A DNA stretch of 63,793 nt, counting the filler, from Octopus bimaculoides (taxonomy: Eukaryota), in NCBI RefSeq assembly GCF_001194135.2. It is 7 parts of 6 records of this genome, joined end to end, with 100 filler letters (N's around TTAATTAATTAA, not from the genome) between each part and the next. Parts side by side here need not be neighbours in the genome. Positions count along the whole stretch, not along the records: positions 15,513 to 43,981 come from NC_069001.1; positions 44,082 to 47,765 come from NC_068993.1; positions 47,866 to 51,335 come from NC_069006.1; positions 51,436 to 56,311 come from NC_069006.1; 3 more parts are not named here. One strand, given 5' to 3'. Under the pieces are notes generated by a model. That model worked only from the letters and a program-made list of their open reading frames with translations. It was not told the origin of the DNA and did not search any database. This document shows, in pieces, positions 38,924 through 51,996 of this stretch (positions are counted from its first letter, which is position 1; each line of letters starts with the position of its first letter). The position numbers and the translations under genes are program-made.

Positions 38924-39323
38924 GTGGAGGTGCAATGGCCCAGTGGTTAGGGCAGTAGACTCGCGGTCGTAGGATTGCGGTTTCGATTCCCAGACCGGGC
39001 GTTGTGAGTGTTTATTGAGCGAAAACACCTAAAGCTCCACGAGGCTCCGACAGGGGATGGTAGCGAACCCTGCTGTACTCTTCCACCACAACTTTCTCTC
39101 ACTCTTACCTCCTGTTTCTGTTGTGCCTGTAATTTAAAGGGTCATCCTTGTCACACTGTGTCACGCTGAATATCCCCGAGAACTACGTTAAGGGTATACG
39201 TGTCTGTGGCGTGCTCAGTCACTTGGACATTAATTTCATGAGCAGGCTGTTCCGTTGATCGGATCAACTGGAACCCTCGACGTCGTAAGCGACGGAGTGC
39301 CAACAACAACAACAACAACAACA
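38924..39323 (+). mobile_element. SINE family R with a 12-bp TSD
   Basis: TSD ACAATATTAAAT at 38912-38923 and 39324-39335. Has a (CAA)n tail. Confidence 0.93.
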
Positions 39324-39334
39324 ACAATATTAAA

Positions 39335-39822
39335 TACAGGGAAGGGCAAAAGTAGGTATACTAGCACTCCGTAGGTTATGATGACAAGGGTTCCACTTGA
39401 TCCAATCAACTGGATAGCCTGATCATGAAATTAACGTGCAAGTGGCTGAGTGCTCCACAGACATGTGACACCCTTAACGTAGTTCTCAGGGAGATTCAGT
39501 ATGACACAGAATGTGACAAGGTTGGCCCCTTTGAATTACAGGTAGTGGTCATTTTTGCCAGCTGAACAGATTGGAGCAATGTGAAATAAAGTCTCTTGCT
39601 CAAGAACACAATTTGTCGCCAGGAATTGAACTAACAACCCTGTGATTGGGATACGAATACCCTAACCACTAAGCCATGTGCCTCAACAAAAGTAGGTATA
39701 CACAGTTGGGTAATATGAGCGGAATGTTCTGTCCATTTCTGTATTTTGTTTTAGGATAAGAAATGAAAAGAACTTTACATTCATGTTAAGCAACCATATA
39801 CCTACTTTTCACCACCCCTGAG
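39335..39822. mobile_element. Tc1/mariner-type MITE interrupted by a SINE
   Basis: The left end TACAGGGAAGGGCAAAAGTAGGTATAC and the right end TATACCTACTTTTCACCACCCCTGAGTA are inverted copies. Confidence 0.6.
39362..39686 (-). mobile_element. SINE sharing the family R 3' half but with a different middle; 15-bp TSD
   Basis: TSD CAAAAGTAGGTATAC at 39347-39361 and 39687-39701. The tRNA-like head on the minus strand is GAGGCACATGGCTTAGTGGTTAGGG. Confidence 0.85.
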
Positions 39823-39826
39823 TATA

Positions 39827-39867
<41 letters not shown>

Positions 39868-40087
39868 CTCATACAGTCACATTTAACACGTTCAGGTACA
39901 GTTAGACATGGAAAGCCTTTCACTGCGGAAATAGTCTCCAGGGAAATTTCTCCTCAGAGACAATATGTGTGAAAACGCATCATCTATGGACGATGTCATT
40001 AGATCACAGCGACACATGCATTTCCGGGCTGTTATACTTCATCAGTTTATAAATACCAAATCAGTTGTCCACAGTTGCATAAGAAAG

Positions 40088-40148
40088 GTTGTTATTAAAC
40101 ATTATACCAGCAAATGTTCCATTTGCTGGTATAATGTTTAATAACAAC
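40088..40148. repeat. Perfect 29-bp hairpin with a 3-nt loop
   Basis: GTTGTTATTAAACATTATACCAGCAAATG (40088-40116), TTC, then the exact reverse complement (40120-40148). Confidence 0.95.
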
Positions 40149-40342
40149 ATTTGCTGATGTGTATAAAGTCTGGTGCAGCTGGAAATAACCGTATTTAATG
40201 GCCTATAAGATGCAAAATAAATTACCACTAAAATAATGTTTTAATTGCTCCACTTAATTGTATAACTTTATGTTATTACCGGTAATTATAAGCAATTTAT
40301 TTCATCCACATATGATATAAACATACCGTAAGCGATTGTTCA

Positions 40343-40357
40343 CCAATAGATGGCAGC
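40343..40357 (+). promoter_or_regulatory. CTCF-like motif (unverified)
   Basis: CCAATAGATGGCAGC differs from the consensus CCASYAGRKGGCRSY at one position. It may be part of a MITE ending near 40487. Confidence 0.25.
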
Positions 40358-41078
40358 ACGTGTTTTGTGAACATACAAACTATTTTGAGCAAGTTTTGAG
40401 CTTACACTGAGGGCATTGGATGCAGGGGGATTTTTAAATCCATTTTTAGGGAAAAAAGGTGTCTCATAGGCTATCAAATATGGTAATTTACAAGATGTGC
40501 ATGGAGTAGCTTTGAGTGAAACATGTAATATTTTCATATACACTTAGACATGAGAACATTTGCTGCTAAGTTAAGGAGTCATACACAAACCAACACCAGT
40601 AGCCAAGCAGTGTGAAAAACAAACACAATACACACACACACAATGGGCTTCTTTAAATTTCTGTCTATGAGATCTATTCACAAGGCTTTGGTCAACCAGG
40701 AGCTATATAATAAGACACTTACACAAGGTGTCATGCAGTAGAACAGGACCCAAGACCATATGGTTTTGGGAAGCAAGCTTCTGACCCACACAATCATGTC
40801 TATGCCTATATATATGTGTGCATGTGTGTGTGTATAGGTTTGTATACACATATATAGATAAATATGTACATATATGTTTATGTTTGTATATTTGGTATGT
40901 GAGTATATTTGGCAAATTAAGTTCATCAAGCTATGCAAAGGAAATTCCACCTGACATACGCGTACAAAGCACAGCTATGAAATACCAAACCAATGAGAGA
41001 ACCTCTGCATAGTCACTCAACTTGCTAGAAGTAGGAAGCAAACATACCTCAAATGACACTCATCCACCTTAAGAAATA

Positions 41079-41295
41079 TTCTTTCCTCTCTAGGAACTAG
41101 GCCTGAAATTTTGGGGGAAGGGGCTAGTCAATTAGATTGATCCCAGCAAGCAACTGGTACTTAATTTATCGACCCCGAAAGGATGAAAAGCAAAGTCGAC
41201 CTTGGTAGAATTTGAACTTAGAACATAAAGACAGATGAAATACCTGCTCAGCATTTTGCCTGGCATGCTAATGTTTCTGCCAGCTCGCTGCCTTA
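41079..41295 (-). mobile_element. SINE family A inserted in another repeat, with a degenerate TSD
   Basis: ATCCACCTTAAGAAATA (~41062-41078) and ATCCAACTTAAGAAATA (~41295-41311) flank the copy. Confidence 0.8.
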
Positions 41296-42370
41296 TCCAA
41301 CTTAAGAAATAGTAGATGTACTGGACAATGTAATCCCTAAATGAACGAAAAAATAAAGTAGTCTTGGATATAACACCTTATGTCCTTAACATTCAGATTA
41401 CTTTGTCAAATGTAATGCTTATTTATTTGCATTGTTCTGAATTAATCATGCCTGAATTAATCTCATAGATTTCAATGATGTGATCATTAATTTTCAAAAC
41501 GACATTGAAAGGAAGGTGTGATAGGGCAGTTTGAACATGAAATGGGCAGAATATTTGGGCTGGGTATGGCCAATTTAAATGCTAAAATGTTAAATTATAT
41601 GTGTGCTGGATTAGGGCTGACCAGGGGCCAAACAGCAACATAGATACACAGTTTATTGTGTATAAAAGGATTATATAAGGAGTATAAAGAAAGGTAGAGT
41701 ACATAGGGTTTATAAATAAGTTTAGACTTACCTAATTTTTGTGTCTTTTCCCTAAATGGCGAGAGGTAACAACGGTCAACTTAACACTGTCATGTGGTCA
41801 GAAAAGTAAGAGTGGCCAACTTAACACTGTCATGTGGTCAAAATAAACTGTAAAAAAGAAAGACAGAAAAGAAAAAAAATATTTTGAAATCAAATATTGT
41901 AAAATAAGAAAAGAGAAAAATATATGATTGTGACAAAATAATATGTGTCGATGTGTTTGTGTGTGAATGTTTTTGTTAATGTGAATGTGTACAAAGTGTG
42001 TGTGACAATGTATGTATGTATGTGCGTCAATGTGTGGATGTGTATGCTTGTATCAGTGAGTTTGAGCATGTGGGAAAACATAACAAAGGGACATAACTCA
42101 AAAACACATGGGATTTTATCTGATGCACCACCAATTGCACACTTCACTGCATTACTAATACTACTACTATTACAACTACTTCTACTATTACTACAACAAC
42201 AACAACAAATAATAATAATAATGATAATAATAATAATAATAATAATCCTTTCTACTATAGGCACAGGGCTTAACATTTTTGGGGAGGGGACTGGTTGATC
42301 GAAACCCAGTGTATAACTAGTACTCATTTCATTCATCCTGAAAGGATCAAAGGCAAAGTTGACCTCAGCG

Positions 42371-42409
<39 letters not shown>

Positions 42410-43627
42410 GACAATTTGAAGTGTGCGATTTGTAATAAAATAGATTTTGTTTCTAGAACAATATTTTAAGTGTACATCCATTGTCCTCGGGTTCAAAGTA
42501 AAACAAAAATACAGAAATTCAAGAAATTCAGCTAGACTATCCTGTGTTCCTTCTTAGACAAAAAAGACATCATTGAGTTTCACAAGTTTGGTTAAGACAA
42601 GAAGAAAAGAAGGAAAAGAAGACAGAGAAAAAAGGGAGAGAACTGTCAGTCAAAAAAGTTTTGCGCAAATCTGATGGAAATCTCCTGTCATTTCGTCCAT
42701 AATTAATCCAACCCCATATATGTACATTTCCTGCCAAGGGCAGGACACTAGTAGCTTATAGATATTATTGTCTCTTATGTGTTTTGAAGACTGGAAGTTG
42801 AGAAGAGTCAGAATATTCTGGAGGAAACTTTAAGGCAGAGGCCCCCAACCGATGAGGCCCCCAATACTGGGCCACTGACCATTTGGCACTGGGCCGAATA
42901 GAATGAATGAATTTTAGAATTTTATTTCTATTTTATTGGGTATCACAGTCTGCAGGGACCTTGAAGACTGCTAGAAAGCAGGAAAGTATACTAGTCCTTA
43001 TATATTTAATATTCAATATTTCATATATTCAATAAGACATTCAATACTTCATTTCATTCTACTATATATACTAGAGTTGGAATCCTTTTGAATAATATAT
43101 CCCTCTATAGACTATCTTACAAACCCCTTTTATATATATATATATATATATNNNNNNNNNNNNNNNNNNNNNNNNNNNNNNNNNNNNNNNNNNNNNNNNN
43201 NNNNNNNNNNNNNNNNNNNNNNNNNNNNNNNNNNNNNNNNNNNNNNNNNNNNNNNNNNNNNNNNNNNNNNNNNNNNNNNNNNNNNNNNNNNNNNNNNNNN
43301 NNNNNNNNNNNNNNNNNNNNNNNNNNNNNNNNNNNNNNNNNNNNNNNNNNNNNNNNNNNNNNNNNNNNNNNNNNNNNNNNNNNNNNNNNNNNNNNNNNNN
43401 NNNNNNNNNNNNNNNNNNNNNNNNNNNNNNNNNNNNNNNNNNNNNNNNNNNNNNNNNNNNNNNNNNNNNNNNNNNNNNNNNNNNNNNNNNNNNNNNNNNN
43501 NNNNNNNNNNNNNNNNNNNNNNNNNNNNNTTTAATAAATATTTCAATAAGAAAAAGATGGCCATTAGGTATGATTGGATGATTATGTTAGTTTAGTTGTC
43601 ATTTATTAGCAAACAAGGTGTCCACTT

Positions 43628-43681
<54 letters not shown>

Positions 43682-44619
43682 GCAGCTGCTAATGCTGCTA
43701 CCACTATTTGCTGTTATCATTATAACTGTTGCCACTACCACCACTACACTACCATCACCGACATGGCCACCACTACTGTAACTACAACTATCACAACCAA
43801 CACCATCACCAGCACCACAACCACTACTATCACCACTGCCACAACCACCACTACCACCACCGCAACCACAACAACCACCACAACCACCACCACATCATGA
43901 CAACAATTACTAACACTCTCACTTCCACCACCACTATAATCACTTACACCATGACCACCACCACTACTACTACTACTACTANNNNNNNNNNNNNNNNNNN
44001 NNNNNNNNNNNNNNNNNNNNNNNNNTTAATTAATTAANNNNNNNNNNNNNNNNNNNNNNNNNNNNNNNNNNNNNNNNNNNNATATATATATGTACATATA
44101 TATATGGTATTAATGGTATTATTATATACATATGCATTTATAACTAAATATATATACAGATATATACATATATGTATATGACGTGACGGTGGATGGTACA
44201 TATATGTTTGTACGAAACACGGTGAGTCGTCTATAGTTGTGTGTATGAGTGTATGGATGATAGGTTGTTTGTGTGTATCTGTGTAAGAATTAGCGTGTGT
44301 GTATGTTTGCGAGAGAGAGAGAGAGAGAGAGAGAGAAAGGGAGAGAGAGAGAGAGAGAGAAAGGGAAGAGAGAGAAGAGCAGGGAGAGAAAGTTCGTGCG
44401 GTATGTAAGTGCATCTCATGACGTCTCAAGTATTTGGGGATACGAATAAAAAGTTCCGTGAAAAGAACTATGGTAATGCTGCCAACGTATCTGTCAACTA
44501 TTCTGCTACCCATTAGAATATACCTGTTGCTAATCTACTGTGTATTTATTCACATCGTACCTGTCATTCATTAAACTTATGTAAAATAGATTCTGTCACA
44601 TATCGCAAGATGGCTGTTA

Positions 44620-46360
44620 CATTTCTCCTTTTATAGCTGGACTGACACTATACAAGTCGTGTTCTTTCCAGTGGTCAGGATTCAGTATTGGGATATTTTC
44701 AAGAAACATATGAAAGAATTCTTCCATGCTTTATATTATAACGTACACACCAAACAGACTGTGTGACAAAGGTGATACCATAACTTGCAGCAATAGGAAT
44801 TGTTTCTCAGCCTAAGGCCAAAATCGCTTACTGATTTTTGTAGTGTAATCAAATACGTGTAGTTCTGCATTTGCCTCCCTTATGTCATAGATGTGGATGA
44901 AGGTTAGAGAAGAAACTAGATCGTCTAGTTAAGAGATGCTTCAATGGATTTGGAGTTGCTTTTAAATTTAGAGTCGCTCTTGAACGATCTTCAGGGGAAA
45001 GTTCTACAGAGGAAATAATTTATTTTGCGACTACGTTGAGACACCGTCCTGAAGAGTCTAATCAAGGACATTGTTCTCAGTACTTATATTTAACGGTCTT
45101 ATTGTAAAAGTTTCATATGCCGAACCGCTAGGTTACCAGAACGTGGACAAACACCGGTTGTCAAGCGATGGTCAAGGGACATCATAAGCACAAAGAGACA
45201 CAAATACATACATACATATACATACATATACACACATACATATACATACACACATATAGATACATATAGATACATATAAATAAATATGCGTGTGTGAGTA
45301 TATATAACGGTGGTGAGCTGGCGGAATCGTTAGCACACCAGGAAAAATGCTTCGTGACATTTCGTCCGTCTTCACGTCCTGGGTTCAAGTTCCTCAGAGG
45401 TCAACTTTGCTTTTAACGGCGGTGCAACAGCATGACCGCAGCTCTCAGCTGAAACTATTGAAAAAAAACGGGATTCCGCACAGTTTCCGTCTACCAAATT
45501 TATTCGCAAGGCATTGGTCGACCCGGGACTATAGTAGAAGACATTTGTTCAAAGTGTCATGCAGTAGGATTGAACCCCAAAGTATGTTACTGCAAAGCGA
45601 GCTTCTTAAGCAAACCTGCGCCTATGTCACAGATTTTAAACGAGGTGAGGTGATTGCTTAAGAAATCGGAATTGGACACCACCTAGCATCAAAATGGACA
45701 GTTAAAATCTAAGGGCAATGCTTAATGTTATTGAAGACGATGATGAACCAGAAGAGAATATCTTGGAAAAATCTTAATGAGGGCTGTGATCAGTATGGAT
45801 CGGAATCTGAATTTAAACGGCATGTCTCCATTATGGTTATTGATTTGATGATCACCGAAGTGTGAAAATGGTTTGATGTTACAAGCACATAGCTTCTTCA
45901 TTCTGTGACACTATTGAAGCATAAAACGAAGAAGTCAGACATTTCATTCGCAATTGCATTAAGACCAAATACCCAAACGATCTCTCAGGAACCATGAAAG
46001 AGGACATGAGGCAGCTAATTGTAATACAAGCATCAGACTTTGGTGAGGCTTTGAAATAACTACAACTTTTAAAACACAAGGAAATGTACAATAAGCTAAA
46101 CGACATTTTACCAAAGGCGCATACAACGCATTGTGATTATTCTGTACACATAGCCAGGAGCAGCAGTGTTCTGCTGAGAGATATTTCAGCAAAAGAAGGC
46201 TCATCAAGAGCTTCTTGAAGAACACGATGACACAGTAAAGTTTGAATGACCCAGCTGTCTTTTTAGTTGAGAGCGTGCTTGCGGGAAGAATTGACATCAG
46301 TGGAATTAAGGGAAACAAAAAAGGAAAAAAGTGCTTGCTTTTTTTTAGAGAAGGCACATA
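44620..46360 (+). pseudogene. hAT transposase relic (ZMYM1-like/TTF group) interrupted by SINEs at ~45070-45630
   Basis: QYWDIFKKHMK and RLCDK occur in the 5' part. QCSAERYFSKRRLIKSFLKNTMTQ*SLNDPAVFLVES in the 3' part matches the hAT C-terminal dimerisation motif (SAERSFSKLKLIK.YLRSTM.Q.RLN.LA). Confidence 0.8.
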
Positions 46361-46829
46361 AAGCCTGTTTCGTTCGTTATGAGAATTTCTCCATTCTGCT
46401 TAACTGAATTCATTAATTTAATTAGTAACAATCTGTTTAAACTTTCAATAAATTATTCAATTAATTGAATAAGATATTTACGTTTTTTCTTTTCTCAAAG
46501 TGATATTGTTGATTGTTGAAGGCCTTTTGTCCACTGAAAATATTTCATTAAGAAAATTCGCTCTGTAAGCAATAAATTAGAAATATTAAAACTAGAAATA
46601 GTGCTAAAGAAAAGTTTCTGGAGATTTAATCCTTGAAAACCCCACCAGGGGCCCTACTCCTGTTTCCAGCACAAGGCCTACCACTGCTTCCAGCGACCCC
46701 AGATAATGTGTATATGCGTGTGCACATGCATGCATGATGGTATGTATGTGCAGTTAATTCCTATGAGCGTATGAGACGATGTGTGTGAGCCTGCGCGCGT
46801 GCGTACGTGTTTGTGTGTGTGTGTACATA

Positions 46830-47202
46830 TTGTTGTTGGCAATCCGTCGCTTACGACGTCGAGGGTTCCAGTTGATCCGATCAACGGAACAGCCTGCTCG
46901 TGAAATTAACGTACAAGTGGCTGAGCACTCCACAGACACGTGTACCCTTAACGTAGTTCTCGGGGATATTCAGCGTGACACAGTGTGACAAGGCTGACCC
47001 TTTGAATTACAGGCACAACAGAAACAGGAAGTAAGAGTGAGAGAAAGTTGTGGTGGAAGAATACAGCAGGGTTAGCCACCATCCCCTGCCGGAGCCTCGT
47101 GGAGCTTTTAGGTGTTTTCGCTCAATAAACACTCACAACGCCCGCTCTGGGAATCGAAACCGCGATCCTATGACCGCGAGTCCGCTACCCTAAGTACTGG
47201 GC
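46830..47202 (-). mobile_element. SINE family R (extreme 5' end replaced)
   Basis: Reverse complement of the 38924-39323 body. TGTTGTTGG tail at ~46830. Confidence 0.9.
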
Positions 47203-47605
47203 TATTATTCAGCCATTATTCGGCATGACCTTCTTTTAAAGAGCTTAGATATAACCTCAAGAGTTTTGACTACCATTTGTAGTTAACCAAGTCTCTCGTT
47301 CGCTCGTATGTTTATATCATGACATCTACGAGCGTGTGAATGGATTATATTTGCGTACGTAATGATGAGTTTTGTATATGTATGAGTAACAGTGAGGGTT
47401 GTATATATAATGTGTGTATGTAAATGAGTGTATATCGGGATAAATATACGCGTGGGAGATATATACACGTGTCAGTATCGGTGTATGCGGTATACATGTG
47501 CAAATGTGTAGGCGTGTGTGTGACGGTATGACTGTGCGCGTCATCAGAACTATATACATGCAAGAGAGTACGTGCGTTTGTAATGCTTTATATGTATGTC
47601 TCTGA

Positions 47606-47641
<36 letters not shown>

Positions 47642-48858
47642 GTGTGTGTGTGTGCGTGCCTGTGTGGCTGTCGGATAAGAAATTTGCTTCCCACCCATGT
47701 AGTTCTGGTTTCAGTCCTACTGCTGGGCACTTGGGAAAGTGTCTTCTACAATATCTCTGGGCCGANNNNNNNNNNNNNNNNNNNNNNNNNNNNNNNNNNN
47801 NNNNNNNNNTTAATTAATTAANNNNNNNNNNNNNNNNNNNNNNNNNNNNNNNNNNNNNNNNNNNNCCAATGAAGGAGTCTTGTATGTGGCTGCTCCAGCT
47901 GCTAGAAATATCAGTCAAATCCCTTCAAAAGCAGATCTCAATTTCCTTAAGAACCATAAAAAGGGAAGGATACAGTAGACAATGTTATCTGCAATAAATT
48001 ATGTCTGAAAAGAGAGGATGGTCATGGCTAGAATGTCTTTGATTATTGGGTTAAACATTAACAACTGTAACTTACAATGGTCAATAGAGCTCGAGGCAAT
48101 GAGCTGGCAGAATTGTTAGCATGCTGGACAAAATGCTTAGTGGCATTTTGTCTGTCTGTATGTTCTGAGTTCAAGTTCCACTGAAGTCAACTTTGCCTTT
48201 CATTCTTTCAGGGTTGATGAAATGAATACCAGTTGAATACTGGGGTCGATGTAATTGACTAAGCCCCTCTCCTGAAATTGCTGGCCTTGTGCCAAAATTT
48301 GGAACCAACATTGGGAAAGTTCAATGATGATAGGTTGGCATCAAACAAAATGTCTTGCAGTGTTTACTTAGAGACTCTCATGTTATCAGTTCAAATCCCA
48401 TCAGCTTTGTGTTTTTTTTCTTCCAGGGCCAATAAAATAAAAGACCAGGGAAGTAACTGCCCACCACCCCCACCTAGATTTGTGGCCCTGCGACTATGTA
48501 TGAAATGAATATGTTGGATTTCAGGTTAAATATCGGTTAAAATGTCTTACGGTTAAGTTGGTTCCCATGCATTTCCCTGAAGAGAAGACTACATTCTTAT
48601 CAACATCACCTATTCCTATGGAAGGTATAATTTGTAATCTTCGAAACATATGTTGGAAATAAAAGTATTCAGTTAACATATGTGTTTTACTCCATTTACT
48701 AAATTTATATATTTACTCAAGTACCCAAAATAACAAGGAGTTTCTACCTCATAAACAGGAGTTACACCAGTCATTTTGTGATCTTTGCTACCCTGGTATC
48801 TATTAACCAATTTATTTTGTCCGAGTTAATTATTAACTAAGAGAAAATAAATACATAC

Positions 48859-48928
<70 letters not shown>

Positions 48929-49502
48929 ACATGTGGCTGTGTGGTAAGAAGTTTCCTTCCCAACCGCATAGCTCCAGGTTCAGTCCCAATGCATGGCAGC
49001 TTGAGCAAATATCTTCTACCATAGCCTCAGGCCAAACAAAGCCTTGAGAGTGAATTTGGTAGATGGAAACTGAATGAAGCTTGTCGTGTGTGTGTGTGTG
49101 TGTATTTTACTATCCCCTTGCCTTGACATTACATGATGGTTGTAGGCAAGCGTTGCCATCATACAAGCAATGTCCTTCATTTCCAATCTTCCATGAAAAC
49201 ATATCTGTTCATGGGGAAATATTACCTTACTTGGTAACAAGTGAGGGTTGGCAACAGAAAGGGCAGAAAATCTGCCTGTACAAAGTCTTTCTAACCCATG
49301 CGAGCTTGGAAAAGTGGATGTTAAAAGTATGTGTATATATGCATATACATGCACATATGTATAATAATAAATGAAATGAGAAGTAAAGAGAGCTTCTGAC
49401 AATGCAGAAAATTTTTAAAACCTTTATATTTTCGGTGCAAAGGCCCATCTTATGTGTTTACATAGATCCTGCCATTTTGGACAGTGACCCCTGCTGCTAC
49501 TT

Positions 49503-51996
49503 GAGAATAACGACGAAGGGTTAAAAAAGAGTAAAAATAATTGAAAATGAAATAAAATTGAAGCCAAAATATTAGAAATTATTGAAAGTGGGTAGAAAAA
49601 ACACTACGTAGTCTATCTTAGGGTATCTGTACTATCTTAGGGTATCTGTAGACAGCTGAATGTGATTTCGGAATATAACGAGGATCAATTCGGGTCTTGA
49701 GAATTTTCTGAAATTCCTCTCCCCACCTCAAGATTTCCCCCACAAGTTACTTTATAGTCATAATGTATGTCGTCTGAAAGGTATTTCTATAAAATTTCAT
49801 TGAAAAAAAAACTCCATTTTCCTAAAAGCTACGAGGGAAAAGCTCGGATCTTGTGAATTTTCCGAAGTCCTCTCCTCATCCCCTTGGAAAAGATTTTCCC
49901 CACAAATTACTTTATAATCGTAATGTATGCCATAAAATTTCAATTTTTCAAAATAAAAAAATTTACCCCACCCCCTCCTGTCCCGATTCTACGGCCTTCA
50001 AGCAGGCTATTCACATGCTAGAAATAACAGCCAAATCTTACAAAATTGCGATGAAATAATGAAAGAAATATGTAATCAATCTACTCACCNNNNNNNNNNN
50101 NNNNNNNNNNNNNNNNNNNNNNNNNNNNNNNNNNNNNNNNNNNNNNNNNNNNNNNNNNNNNNNNNNNNNNNNNNNNNNNNNNNNNNNNNNNNNNNNNNNN
50201 NNNNNNNNNNNNNNNNNNNNNNNNNNNNNNNNNNNNNNNNNNNNNNNNNNNNNNNNNNNNNNNNNNNNNNNNNNNNNNNNNNNNNNNNNNNNNNNNNNNN
50301 NNNNNNNNNNNNNNNNNNNNNNNNNNNNNNNNNNNNNNNNNNNNNNNNNNNNNNNNNNNNNNNNNNNNNNNNNNNNNNNNNNNNNNNNNNNNNNNNNNNN
50401 NNNNNNNNNNNNNNNNNNNNNNNNNNNNNNNNNNNNNNNNNNNNNNNNNNNNNNNNNNNNTACTGAAATCTTTCTGAAGATTCAAAGGCATAACTACAGA
50501 TTTCCGACACCGACTTTGGACGCTCATAACTTTCAAGAAAATGGATATTTTGTAATGAAATTGTCTAAGTGTTATATCATGTAGATTCCGAATATACAAA
50601 ATTTGGGGGAGAAAGTGTTTTAGGAGTTTGGGGTGAAGAATTTCGGAAAATTCACCGGCGTCCACTTCAATTCGTCTTAACTTTCGAGAAAATGGATATT
50701 TTTTAATAAAATTCTCTACAAATATACCTCAGACTATGTAGATTCCGAGGACATAGGAATTTTGGGGGTAAACAATTGGGGGATAATTTTGAGAACTGTT
50801 CCCCAGTCGTGGGTGTTTCTGAACAAGCCCATATTTGTTTCATTTTCTCCATTTGTGCATCTGAAGATGTCAACTGAAGAAACAATCAGGCAGTTAAGGT
50901 AAATGAAGCCCTCACCAGAAAACTCGTTATGCTAAAAATAACAGCTAATGGTGTGGTACACAGAAATATGTTATTAAGACGACTTACCTGTTGCACATGA
51001 TTTTTTTTTTTCACTTTAAATTCCCAGGCAGATGTTTCTAATGGAAAGGCAGACGACACCAAAAGCAAAAATAAGGAATATACAAGCACAGTTAGATATA
51101 GAAGTATAAAGCATAATTTGTTACATAATCTCTATAATAAACATGATATTGAATGGAATGATTTCCCGTTCGAACTTTTTTTAATTGCATATGTGTATGT
51201 GTGTGGTAGAAATCTACGGATGCACAAACGCACAAAACGGAAACAAATATGCACGACTTATTCAGAAACACCCGCGAGTGGGGAACAGTTCTCAAAAATA
51301 GGCCCCCAATTGTTTTCCCCTAAAATTCATATGTCNNNNNNNNNNNNNNNNNNNNNNNNNNNNNNNNNNNNNNNNNNNNTTAATTAATTAANNNNNNNNN
51401 NNNNNNNNNNNNNNNNNNNNNNNNNNNNNNNNNNNCGGCATACATTACGATTATAAAGAAATTTGTGGGGAAAATCTCTTACAAGGGGGTGGGGAGAGGA
51501 CTTCGGAAAATTCACAAGATCCGAGCTTTTCCCTCGTAGCTTCTTGGAAAATGGGGTTTTTTTCAATGAAATTTTATAGAAATACCTTTCAAACGGCATA
51601 CATTACGATTATAAAGAAATTTGTGGGGAAAATCTCTTACAAGGGGGTGGGGAGAGGACTTCGGAAAATTCACAAGATCCGAGCTTTTCCCTCGTAGCTT
51701 CTAGGAAAATGGGTTTTTTTTCAATGAAATTTTATAGAAATACCTTTCAAACGGCATACATTACGATTATAAAGAAATTTGTGGGGAAAATCTTTTACAA
51801 GGGGATGGAGAGAGGACTTCGGAAAATTCACAAGATCCGAATTTTTCCTCGTTATATTTCGAAATCACATTCAACTTTCACAACGGAATGTTTTTTCTAC
51901 CCACTTCCAATAATTCTTAATGTTTTGGCTTCATTTTTGTTTCATTTTATCTTCGATTATTTTGACACTTTTTTTAACCCTCCCGTCGTTATTCTC
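49503..51996. mobile_element. ~2.5-kb imperfect palindrome (foldback element, or two inverted copies of one repeat)
   Basis: 49503-49960 is the reverse complement of ~51436-51996, and ~50745-50872 is the reverse complement of ~51212-51335. A spacer of ~340 bp separates the arms. Both arms contain gaps. Confidence 0.75.
51436..51850 (+). repeat. 158-bp tandem repeat (~2.6 units)
   Basis: CGGCATACATTACG starts at 51436, 51594 and 51752. Confidence 0.92.

Noticed and set aside
40010-40055. Minus-strand CTGATGAAG...GAAATGCATG
   Set aside because: There is no stem II or stem I, and the H17 position is G.
45049-45069. CTGAAGA-GTCT...GGAC hammerhead-like 5' half
   Set aside because: No GAAA follows, and it lies within the hAT transposase relic at a SINE junction.
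51436-51850. Regular repeats suggestive of a CRISPR-like array
   Set aside because: They are contiguous 158-bp tandem units with no unique spacers, in eukaryotic DNA with no cas genes.
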